Part shown: piece after piece, positions 1-10,900 of the stretch
Layout: the number at the start of each line of letters is the position of its first letter
How positions within the stretch are numbered: the first letter of the stretch is position 1
Assembly: GCA_020536535.1 (NCBI GenBank)
Contig: JAHLWZ010000594.1
Coordinates: forward strand, 1-64,000
Source: Pelomyxa schiedti
Lineage: Eukaryota; Protista; Evosea
Reading direction: 5' to 3'
DNA: 64,000 nt
Notes under the pieces: model-generated
Told to the model about the DNA's origin: nothing
The model's database searches: none
The model's input: the letters and a program-made list of their open reading frames with translations, nothing else
Made by a program: the position numbers and the translations under genes

Positions 1-20
1 ATACTTAGTGGACGATACAG

Positions 21-230
21 ATGGTGAAGGCTTTTGTTCACGGTGTTGCACTTTTCTGTGTGCAGCACACACATAAGGCGATTGCTCAAAGCACAATTTT
101 GCACAGCCTGAACAACCTTGTATGGGGCTTTCTTCCCCTTACCACCGCCCTGACACTAAAACTCTGCTTAATATGTAACTGTCAAATCACCAAATTTACC
201 CATCTAACTGTATTCAGTTTCAGTCTCTGA
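21..230 (+). CDS. CPBP/Rce1-type CAAX protease, last exon of duplicate copy (5' part lies outside window)
   Basis: Near-identical to the last exon at 2528-2737; preceded by acceptor gatacag; carries the HxxxN motif (LHSLNN). Confidence 0.7.
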   Translation: MVKAFVHGVALFCVQHTHKAIAQSTILHSLNNLVWGFLPLTTALTLKLCLICNCQITKFTHLTVFSFSL

Positions 231-442
231 GCTCCTCACAATTTATGTGTCCTACCGGCACTACTCCGGGCACAAACAAAATTAAATTTTCCCCTGAACG
301 AACTCGGGGATTCAAATAATCGCACGGAGCCGAGCCACACTTTTTTTCGTTTCTTTTTAATATTGAAAACAATCAGTGATCACAAACGAAAAGAAAACAA
401 CAACAAAGAAGAAACAAACAACAAGCAAAGTACTAGCAAGCA

Positions 443-784
443 ATGTCAACAAAAACAAGCAACGAGAACGTTTACAAACTTGTCGTCTTGGGCTCTGGTG
501 GTGTGGGCAAATCAGCCATCACAGTGCAATTCGTCCAAGGCATTTTCGTCGAGAAATACGATCCCACAATTGAAGACTCCTATGTACGCAAAAAAAAAAT
601 ACACGAACAAACCCAGACCCCATTTAATCCCTTCCACAGCGAAAACAAATCGAAGTCGATGGACAAGCCTGCATGCTCGAAATCCTCGACACAGCCGGGA
701 CCGAGCAATTCACGGCCATGCGAGATCTCTACATGAAGAACGGCCACGGCTTCGTTCTCGTGTACAGCATAATCTCGATCAGCA
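443..784 (+). CDS. RAP1: Rap1-like Ras-family GTPase, copy 1 (truncated by assembly gap)
   Basis: GSGGVGKS P-loop, YDPTIEDSY effector loop and Rap-diagnostic [15 protein letters not shown]; one short intron; runs into Ns. Confidence 0.9.
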
Positions 785-884
785 NNNNNNNNNNNNNNNN
801 NNNNNNNNNNNNNNNNNNNNNNNNNNNNNNNNNNNNNNNNNNNNNNNNNNNNNNNNNNNNNNNNNNNNNNNNNNNNNNNNNNNN
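785..884. other. Assembly gap (100 N)
   Basis: Run of Ns; the sequences on either side belong to different genes. Confidence 1.
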
Positions 885-1618
885 CAACTCAGCAAAAGAA
901 TCGACAAACTCTTGTAAATTGATCAAGCCGTCATTATCTCTGTCGAGTTTCGTTATCAATTCCTCAGCCTCCTCCAAAGAAGCCTTACGTCCCAGCATAG
1001 CCTATTACACATTTCCCACAAACCGCGCGGTTAGTAACCAACCCAACCCCCAACCGCCATATTTCATAACAGGTCACCAATATGTCATACAAGCTATCTA
1101 TTCTATACTAATGTCACGCACACAGTCACCACCACACACAGCACACAGCACACAGCACACAGCACACAGCACACAGCACACAGCACACAGCACACAACAC
1201 ACACACAACACACACACAACACACACACAACACACACACAACACACACACAACACACACACAACACACACACAACACACACAGCACACCAGGGCATCGAC
1301 CAGCTCGGCGGCGTCGAGTGCGCCCAAGTGGTTGACGTCGCACCTCTCGAATATCTTCTGCGCAATCTCTGCCTTTCCCTCCTCGTCCATCCCCCCTTCC
1401 CCCTCCCCGTCGCCGTCGCCCCCTCCTGCGCCCCCGCCTGCTTCCTCGGTCCCCCGCCCGCTCGAGTCGTTGCCTCGTCGTGTGCCCCCCCCGCCGCCGC
1501 CGGTGATCGCCACTAACTCGGCGTCGTCGTCGTCGTCGCTGCTGTGGGGCAGGACGTCCGCCGCAGCCGACGTGGGAGGCGATGGCGTGTCCCCCGTCCG
1601 CGATGGCGATGCCGACAT
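885..1618 (-). CDS. EF-hand calcium-binding protein (3' end lost in gap)
   Basis: Exon 1618-1289 (IFERCDVNHLGALDAAEL), GT-AG intron 1288-1002, exon 1001-885 (LDRDNDGLINLQEF, canonical EF loop); acidic/Gly-rich N-terminus. Confidence 0.8.
1127..1288. repeat. CA-rich microsatellite (ACACAGC)n/(CA)nA inside the EF-hand gene intron
   Basis: Visible tandem repeat within the intron 1002-1288. Confidence 0.95.
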
Positions 1619-2507
1619 GTGTGCTTAATAATTAAAACCAAAAAAAATGATCATGATTTCAAAGAAGCTCCTTTCTTAGAAAAGCCGTCACAGTAGGCGA
1701 ATCCGGAGAGTATGGCCACGATCACAGGGGCGGGGGAGGGCAAGACTCCGCGTGTAGGGGCACTGGTGTCGGTTGTTGAGTCCGCGGTGATGGGGGTAGA
1801 GGGCAGCGTGGCGGTGTGGGTGGTGGCCGCCTTGTGCGTCGTGGTGCCACGTGCTCTGTTGGTGCCTACAACGGTGTGTGTGTGCGTGCGCGTCTGGGGA
1901 CATTACGTAAACAAGTCACTCATTAATGCAAAAAAATACTTCTACAAAGGTAGTGTGGATTGTGCAGTTTGGAATGTCTATTGTTGGAGGAGTCATTGTA
2001 GTCTTGTGGATAGTGTGGAGGCACTCGTGGCCTCCTCAATCGCTGTTCATGTCACCATCATTGTTCCACTCGTGGTGTGTCCTGTGTCTATCTCCGGTCT
2101 ATAATTAACTCTTATTGGTTCTTGGCTATTCCAGGGTGGAAAGGAGCTGCCCGCTGTGCTGGCTAATGTTGGGGATTGAAGTTGGCAGCTTTATATTAGT
2201 AGCCATGTGGGGCGATGTGCGATTTTCACTGAAAAACTATGCCGCTAATGGCGCATCCCCTGTGCTAATTCTTTTTCTGTGCCCTGTTTGTGAAGAGCTT
2301 GTCTTTCGGGTGTTGATTCCCATGCGGTTTTCAAGGAGGTACAGTTCACACTTTTTTTCTTTTTTGCTCAATTTTTAGGCAGTGCTCTGCTACGCTCGCT
2401 TGTATTGTGAGTGCGACTTTATTTTCACTCATCCATTTGCTAAATATTGATTCTGCCTCAGTCACGTACATTTTCTGGCAGGTTGAGCCATTTCCATTGT
2501 TTCTTTT

Positions 2508-3578
<1,071 letters not shown>

Positions 3579-3741
3579 GATCTTGGTACCAAGATTGTCA
3601 AACTTTTTCTGGGCCTCTTTGGTGATTAGAAGCCACCAAATTAGCCACAAACACTTTGTTTAATAGAACTACTTTTGTAATCCCTGAAAAAAATTCTTTT
3701 TCCTCTTCTTCTTGTGGTTGGTGCTGCGGTGTCCAGGCACC

Positions 3742-5094
3742 TCATACTGAGTTGAAAACTGTAAATCTTTGTATTTCTGAGGCGAAGTTGAGTATTGCCA
3801 CTGTGACATCAGATGGGTCAGTCACAGCAATGGCCTGGGCGCATCCCCGGCTGTGAAAAATGAACCCAGATTCAGCCTGAACCTTTGGGGTTCTGCCTGC
3901 ATCGTCGGTAGATCCAACTACGTGAGGAAACGACCTTGTTGGCTCCGTGAGGTCTTTGCAGTCCCATACTTCATAAACATCCCTCTGTGTCACACAGAAT
4001 TGTAATTCGTTCAACTGGGAAAGCTGTTTTCCAGCGAAATCCTCACAAAGTTGGCTCACATTCCCGTCGACCACGGAAAACACAGGATGATATAGAGTAA
4101 TAGACCTACTTCCCGTTGCACTCACTTGAATCTTCTCTGACAGAATCTCCACAACAAATGTGCGTTTATTTGTGTGAGGGCACCTGAAAGCCAGCATTTC
4201 CAAAACTCGTCCATCAACGGGAATAGTCCCAACAGATGAGTCCACAACAACAAGTGATTTCGTCTTGTGAGTACTAGTGATATCAATCACCATGAACAGC
4301 AGAGATCTGGGAGAAGACTGATTTCCGAACAGAATAGTTGCTTCATCTGGATCGTTCCTGCTCAAGGCAAACTTCACTAAGCTCCATTCACTGTGGCCAC
4401 CGCTTCCCATAATTACCTCTGGAGTGGGTGCCATGCTCACCCCAACTGCGGATTCTGCGGCCGGCAGCCCCTGTAATCCAACCACAGTCATCACAAGGCT
4501 CTCTGCACCAATGTGCACCCACCACTTTCTTGCGGCACTCACAAACGAGTTGCCAGGAAGGCCATCCATCAGCCACCTCTTCTCGTTCCCAGATCTATCT
4601 GCAACACTAAACCTGTACAGGGACTCATCATCATCCTCGTCCGAATCCTCAGGATCGCCAGTGGAGCTTCCAGATATCACCGAGGTCTTGACGAAGCTGT
4701 CAGAGTCCACGATGCCGTATCTGTCTATCCTAAGTGACAGCCCGTACTCATCGATGCCCCACCGGTGGGCCACGCTAGGGGCTCTGGTGACTCCCCCCGT
4801 CAGACTCGACACGCTCATTCTCATCAACACGTCCTCGACGTTGTCAGCACCATCACCGAACACCAACTTGACCCCGCTTACGCCGCTCACCAGGATGCAA
4901 AAGTGAGTTTCTGCGCCTGGGCCGGCACAACAGATGTCCCACAACTGCGAGGACAGCGCCGGGGTGACGAGTCCGCGCAAGGGGCTCAGTGCCCCGCAAC
5001 GAGGGTGCGACGCGACCACCAACGCCAGAACTTGTGCCCGTGCGCTCAGGAAGATGTGGCTCCCAACGAAGAATCGGTTGCTGTCGTCTGTCAT
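3742..5094 (-). CDS. Uncharacterised HPRCG-box family protein 1 (450 aa, intronless)
   Basis: Long ORF, paralogous along its length to the two adjacent ORFs; N-terminal SARAQVLALVVASHPRCGALSPLR. Confidence 0.85.
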   Translation of the reverse strand: MTDDSNRFFVGSHIFLSARAQVLALVVASHPRCGALSPLRGLVTPALSSQLWDICCAGPGAETHFCILVSGVSGVKLVFGDGADNVEDVLMRMSVSSLTGGVTRAPSVAHRWGIDEYGLSLRIDRYGIVDSDSFVKTSVISGSSTGDPEDSDEDDDESLYRFSVADRSGNEKRWLMDGLPGNSFVSAARKWWVHIGAESLVMTVVGLQGLPAAESAVGVSMAPTPEVIMGSGGHSEWSLVKFALSRNDPDEATILFGNQSSPRSLLFMVIDITSTHKTKSLVVVDSSVGTIPVDGRVLEMLAFRCPHTNKRTFVVEILSEKIQVSATGSRSITLYHPVFSVVDGNVSQLCEDFAGKQLSQLNELQFCVTQRDVYEVWDCKDLTEPTRSFPHVVGSTDDAGRTPKVQAESGFIFHSRGCAQAIAVTDPSDVTVAILNFASEIQRFTVFNSV

Positions 5095-5205
5095 CTCCCG
5101 AGGGGTTTTCTAAGAAGATTTTCTGATGAAAGCGGTTTGTTGCGTGCCCTGATGTACGTGAATAAAGAAGTACAAACAGCATCTTTTTTGCGTTTTGTTG
5201 ACAGG

Positions 5206-6492
5206 TCAAAATGAGTTGTAAACGTGAAATTTATCTGATGCTATGGCGAAGTGGAGAGTCAAAACAGTGCGATTGAATGCATCTGTCACAGCAATTACAC
5301 AGGCCCTCTCGTGGCTGTGGAAGATGAACCCAGACTCTGCCTCACACACAGCACCACCGGCTGAGCCAATCACGTGAGGAAAGGACCTTGGTGGCTGCAT
5401 GAGGTTGTTGCAGTCCCAGATTTCATAAACATCTCTTTGCACGACGCAAAACTGTGATTGGTTCAACTGAGAGACTCCCCCACAGTAGCATCCTGTGAGT
5501 TCGGTCACGTTCCCGTTGGCAATGGTGCACACTTGTAGAGAATACCCGCCAGTACGAACTAATACAATGAATGTGAGTTGATTTGTGCGAGGGCACCTGA
5601 AAGAGAGCACCTCCAACACCCGCGCATCAAAGGGAAGAATCTCAAGAGAGGAGTGCACAACCGCAAGTGATTTTGTCCCATGAGTTCTCTTGATATCGAT
5701 AACCACAAACAGCAGGTATCTGCCAGAAGACTGGGACTGAAACAGAGCAACCGCTTCATCAGGGTCTGTCCTGCTGAAGAAAAACTCCCTGTATCGCCAA
5801 TCACGGACACCGTGGCCCCCACTTCCCATAACGATGTCAGTGAGCGGCAGCCTCACCTGGACAGGTGACTCAGCAGCTGTTTGCCGCGGGTCCACCCGCC
5901 ACAGGCAAGCCACGGTCATCACCAGGCTATTTACGCAGAAGTGCACCCACCACTTTCTCGCAGCACTCACAAACGACCGATCGGCAGGGCCATCCATCAG
6001 CCACCTCTTCTCGTTCCCTTCTCGATCCACCACGGCGAACCTGTACATTCCCTCGGCGCGGACGCGGCCGCTCATCACCGGCTGAATGAAGCTGCCAGAG
6101 CCCACCAGGCCGTAGTCTAGTATCCTCAGCACCGCCTTGAAGTCGCCCACGCCCCACCGGTGGGCCACGCTCGGCGCCCTCGTCACGCCGCCGGTCAGCG
6201 TCGACACGCTCATTCTCAGCAGCACGTCCTCGGCCTTGTCGTGTGGATGCTCCCAAGCCATCGTCGGCGCGGTGAGACCGAGCACCAGGATGCAAAAGTG
6301 AGTTTCTGCGCCTGGGCCGGCACAACAGATGTCCCACAACTGCGAGGACAGCGCCGGGGTGACGAGTCCGCGCAAGGGGCTCGGTGCCCCGCAACGAGGG
6401 TGAGACGAGACCACCAGCGCGAGAACTTGTGCCCGCGCGGTCAGATAGACATAACTCCCAACGAAGAATCGGCCGCTGATGTTGTCTGTCAT
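5206..6492 (-). CDS. Uncharacterised HPRCG-box family protein 2 (428 aa, intronless)
   Basis: TARAQVLALVVSSHPRCGAPSPLR; shares SFVSAARKWWVH, FRCPRTN and YExWDC blocks with its neighbours. Confidence 0.85.
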   Translation of the reverse strand: MTDNISGRFFVGSYVYLTARAQVLALVVSSHPRCGAPSPLRGLVTPALSSQLWDICCAGPGAETHFCILVLGLTAPTMAWEHPHDKAEDVLLRMSVSTLTGGVTRAPSVAHRWGVGDFKAVLRILDYGLVGSGSFIQPVMSGRVRAEGMYRFAVVDREGNEKRWLMDGPADRSFVSAARKWWVHFCVNSLVMTVACLWRVDPRQTAAESPVQVRLPLTDIVMGSGGHGVRDWRYREFFFSRTDPDEAVALFQSQSSGRYLLFVVIDIKRTHGTKSLAVVHSSLEILPFDARVLEVLSFRCPRTNQLTFIVLVRTGGYSLQVCTIANGNVTELTGCYCGGVSQLNQSQFCVVQRDVYEIWDCNNLMQPPRSFPHVIGSAGGAVCEAESGFIFHSHERACVIAVTDAFNRTVLTLHFAIASDKFHVYNSF

Positions 6493-6542
6493 TCACTTGC
6501 AAGGCTTGTTGGGTGTGTTTCTACGAACGATCAAAAACCTGG

Positions 6543-7823
6543 CTAAACTGTGTTGAAAACATGGAAGTTACTGCACTCCTCGGTGAAGGAGAGACTTACT
6601 ACTGTTTCATTGAATGGGCCAGTCACAGTAATTTTTACGGCTTGATTGCTGGTGTGAAAGATGAAGCCAGAATCGGCCTTAAGCATTGCCAGGTGGCCAG
6701 GGACCACGTGAGGAAGCGACCGTGTTGGCTGTGTGAGGTCTTTGCAGTCCCATACTTCATAAACGTCCCTCTGTGTCACACAGAACTGTGATTCGTTCAA
6801 CTGAGACACCAACCCACTTTGAGCTTCCGTCAGCTGAGTGACATTCCCATTGGAAATGGCAAACACGAACAGAGAAAATCCAGATGACCGGGTCTCTACA
6901 ATGAAGGTGGGCTGATTTGTGCGAGGGCACCTGAAAGACAGAACCTCCAACACCCTCCCCTCAAAGGGAAGAATCCCAACAGATGAGTCCACAACCGCGA
7001 GGGATCTTGTCTCGTGAGTTCTCTTGATGTCAATCACGACGAACAGCAGAGATCTGCGAGAAGACCGGCTCTGGAACAGAACAGTTGCCTCGTCGGGGTT
7101 GCTCCTGCTGAAGAACAGACTCAGGTACCACCAATCGCCAACACTTCCCATAACGGTCCTCTGAGGGGGCGTCACGTTCACCTCGACTGGTGAATCCTCG
7201 ACGGCATGCTTCTGTTGATGTACATCCAACAGACAAACCACAGTCATTGCCAGGCTATTTGTGCGCACGTGCACCCACCACTTTCTTGCGGCACTCACAA
7301 ACGAACTGTCACAGGGGCCATTCATCAGCCACCTCCTCTCGTTCCCTTCTCGATCCACCACAGAAAACCTGCGAATTCCGGCAGGCATTCCAAGAGGCCC
7401 TGGCGACGTCATAACCAACAGGTCAGAGCTCACCAGCCCGTACTTATGTATGTTCCGCGAACTGCAGAACGACCACTCGTCGGCCGCGCTTGGTGCCCTG
7501 ATTACACCCCCAGTCAGCGTCGAAACGCTCAGTCCTCTCAACAGATGATCGTCCTCACAAGAGCGATCTTCGGGCCTCCCGCACAACAGAGTCAACATGT
7601 GCCCTGTGCGCTCGCTGGTCACCATGATGCAAAAGTGGGTCTCGGCACCCGGGCCGGCACAACATAGCTCCCATAACTGCGAGGACAGACACGCGTCCAT
7701 TACACAGCGCAAGGGGCTCAGCGCCCCGCAACGAGGGTGCGACGCGACAACCATTGCTACAACTTGTGCCCTCGCGCTGAGGTAAATGTGACTCCCTTTG
7801 AAGACTGACAGACCAAACATCAT
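6543..7823 (-). CDS. Uncharacterised HPRCG-box family protein 3 (426 aa, intronless)
   Basis: SARAQVVAMVVASHPRCGALSPLR plus the same conserved blocks. Confidence 0.85.
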   Translation of the reverse strand: MMFGLSVFKGSHIYLSARAQVVAMVVASHPRCGALSPLRCVMDACLSSQLWELCCAGPGAETHFCIMVTSERTGHMLTLLCGRPEDRSCEDDHLLRGLSVSTLTGGVIRAPSAADEWSFCSSRNIHKYGLVSSDLLVMTSPGPLGMPAGIRRFSVVDREGNERRWLMNGPCDSSFVSAARKWWVHVRTNSLAMTVVCLLDVHQQKHAVEDSPVEVNVTPPQRTVMGSVGDWWYLSLFFSRSNPDEATVLFQSRSSRRSLLFVVIDIKRTHETRSLAVVDSSVGILPFEGRVLEVLSFRCPRTNQPTFIVETRSSGFSLFVFAISNGNVTQLTEAQSGLVSQLNESQFCVTQRDVYEVWDCKDLTQPTRSLPHVVPGHLAMLKADSGFIFHTSNQAVKITVTGPFNETVVSLSFTEECSNFHVFNTV

Positions 7824-7990
7824 TACAGTTGAGTTTCAGGTAAATTATTTGGTGTAATATTAGCCATGGGGAGGTACCTCTGCCTCTTCTCCCCTCGGGA
7901 CACTTTGGTGAGAAAAAAAAAAGAACTGTTCTTTCAATTCTTTATTATGTTTGAACCACAAAAACACAAGGGAAACCGGGCGGGGCCTGT

Positions 7991-10900
7991 TTAGAAGGCC
8001 TCGATTCTCCAGCGTTGCTCAGCCTTCATCTTCTCTACGAAGGCGACGGCGTTCTCCTTTGTGAGTCCACCGGCAACAGAGACGGCCTCGGTGATGGCGG
8101 CCTCAAGCTTGGCTGGGATGTTGAATGCGGCAGGTCCGCAGTAGAAGTAGTGGGCGTTGGGGTGCTTGAGAACGGCCCAGACATCCTCGGGGTGCTCCTT
8201 CATGAGCAAGTCAACCTGTGTTTTGGTTAGTGCGGAAGTTACGGGGTAATAAATGCGAAGGGACTCACGGTTTCGAATCGCTTGGGGTCTTGGTGGGAGA
8301 AGGCACCAATGTGCTTGTGGAGGACTCCGGCTTGCTTGAACTTGGTCATCTCAGCCTGGAGGATGAAGTCGCGGTCGTTGTAGCGGCAAGCCTGGTAGCA
8401 GAGGGTGAAGCCAACCTCCTTGTTCTCAGACTTGTCCTTGAGCCTGTCCTGAAGAAGAGCCCTCATTGGTGCGAGACCGGTTCCAAGACCGCAGAGGAGC
8501 ATTGGTGCGGTGGACTCTGTTGGTGGGCGGAGGGATCCCTCGTGAACCATGACTGGGACTTGCTCTCCAACCTTGAGTGTTGGGAGCCATGAGGTGGCAA
8601 GACCTCCACCGGTAACCTTGCCGCGTGACCTGGTAACCTCAGTTGGGATGGCAATAACGAGCTGGCACTTGTGTCCAACGAGCTTGGGGCTGCTGGCAAC
8701 GGAGTACAACCTGACCTTGATGAGTGGGATCATTTCAATGAGGAAGTCCAGTGTTGGGTGTGCGGATGGGAAATCAGCAAGCACGTCAACATAGGATGGT
8801 CCGTCCTTGAGGTAGTCAGCAAGAGCCTCGGCTCCCTCCTTGGAAGCGAGGTTAGCAAGGTTGGCCTTCTCCTTGGGGTTGGCGGCGAAGTTGGAGAGTT
8901 GGCGGAAGAAGAGTTTGCGTGGGCGGGAGTAAATGTCAAGGTAGCGCTCGAACAAGTGCTTGACGGAGATGGTTGGTGGAATGGGGAGAGGAGCGGCTTC
9001 ATCAACTGGGACGACGGATACAACGGCAGCTCCGTTAAGTCCGTACCAGTGGAGGAAGTTGTCAATGTTGGGACCAAGGTTGGATGGGAAGATTCCAAGA
9101 GCGTCACCAACGTTGTATTCGTAACCGGTATCGGCAAGGTCGAACTCCATGTAGCGGATTGGCCTGCCGTATGTCTCGGGTGTGGCAAGAGCTGTCTCGG
9201 TCAAAGTGGCGTACATGGTCTTGGCTGGTGGGGGAACTGGGACTGAGGCCTGGAAGCCAAGGGCAATGCGGTAGTGGGGAACAAGAGCGGCCTTGGGTGG
9301 CTCAACGCCGAGCTCCTCATAGAGGTGGGCAGCCCATGGTTCAAAGGCAGTCTGGTGTCCATCATCAGCGGTCTCATCTCCAAGACCAACTTCAATGATC
9401 CTGGTGGCACCAAGACCCTCGAGCTTGAAGTCGAAGTCCTTAGCAGCTTGGCAGAACCTTCCGTACTTGCGGGATCCGCAACCGAATACGGCGTAGGAGA
9501 GCCCCTTGAGTGCGCCAGAGCCCTGGCCGGCGAGCCAGTCCCAGACCTGGGTGGCCTGTGGTGGTCTCTCACCGTCACCGAAAGTGCAGGTAAGGAAGAT
9601 GGCGGTCTTGATGTTAACGAGGTCAGCGGGCATGCAGCCATCCATTGGCCAGAGCTTGGCATCAATCTTGCTGCTCTTGAGGTCGTTGTAGATGCTGCGG
9701 GCAATTGCTTCGGTTTGTCCACCAACTGTGGCGTACAAGACAACAACGGTGTTGGCCTCGGCAGCACCAGCTCCTCCAATGGTTGGGGCGGCAGCAACCT
9801 CCTTAGCCTTGACAACTTGTGGGTGGTAGTGGGTGTGGAGGAGGTGGTGAGCCATCTCTCCGTTGGGGTCACCCAAGAACCTGTCGTAGAGCTCAGTTAT
9901 GGTTGGGTTCTCGTGAGAGCGTCGAATGGTGGCCTTCTCGTCTACTTCATAGATGGCAGCGCTTCGTTTCTTGAGAACATCGGGATCCATTGACTTGGGT
10001 TGACCACCACCACCAATGCAGCCTCCTGGGCAGCCCATAATCTCAACGAAGTGGTATCCACACTTGTCAAAGCCAACTCGCTCAACTTCAGCCAAGAATC
10101 GCTTGATGTTGGCAATGCCGTTGACAACACCAACGCGGAGTGGGTGTGAGGCAACCTGAATGTCTGCTGTCTTCACTCCCTCGAAACCACGGCACTGCTG
10201 CATCTGTGGGGTGATGAGCTGAGTGCATCCAGCAACCTTGTCTGCGGCGGTACGGAGAACGGCCTCCATCACACCACCAGAAGCTCCGAAGATGGCTCCG
10301 GCACCTGTTCCAAGACCCATAGGTGCATCGAAAGGAAGCTCAAGGTCGAATGTGTTGATTCCGCGCATCTTGAGGAACTTGGCGCACTCGCGGGTGGTCA
10401 TGACGTAGTCTGCAGAGAATTAGTAGAGGGTTACACTATCACAAAGACTCACCAACGTCCTTGTAGCCATCTCTCATCATGTCAGGTCTCCTGGCCTCGT
10501 CTTTCTTGGCTGTGCAAGGCATGATTGAGACGTGGTAGATGTCCTGAGGTCTCTTTCCGAGCTTCTTGGCGAAGAAGGTCTTGACCAAGGCACCCATCAT
10601 ACCCTGAGGGGACTTGCATGTGCTCATGTACGGAATGAGTTCGGGGTAGCTCTTCTCCATAAGGTTGATCCAGCAAGGGCAGCATGTGCTGAACATGGGG
10701 AATGGGCCCTTGCCTGTCTTCAGCCTGGTGGCGAACTCGGTGCCCTCCTCCATAATGGTAAGATCAGCCTGACAAAATGTTAGTTGAAGTAATTACCTAA
10801 AATTGCATACAGTGAAGTTGGTATCGAAGACGAAGTGGAAACCGGCGCGTTTGAGACCCATAACAGCCTTGCCGGTGCTGATGGAGCCTGGGGCCATGCC

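Noticed and set aside
673-1335. ORF appearing to fuse Rap with a His/Thr-repeat tail
   Set aside because: It reads through the N gap into the antisense strand of an EF-hand gene and its intronic microsatellite.
1098-1365. Cys/Val-repeat ORFs resembling metallothionein
   Set aside because: These are translations of the CA microsatellite inside a GT-AG intron.
3742-7823. HPRCG genes as transposons or a viral insertion
   Set aside because: No transposase, reverse transcriptase, integrase, terminal repeats or target-site duplications seen.
8218-10408. Long plus-strand ORFs opposite the hydrogenase (similar ones opposite the PPase)
   Set aside because: Shadow ORFs caused by strong codon bias; no recognisable motifs.
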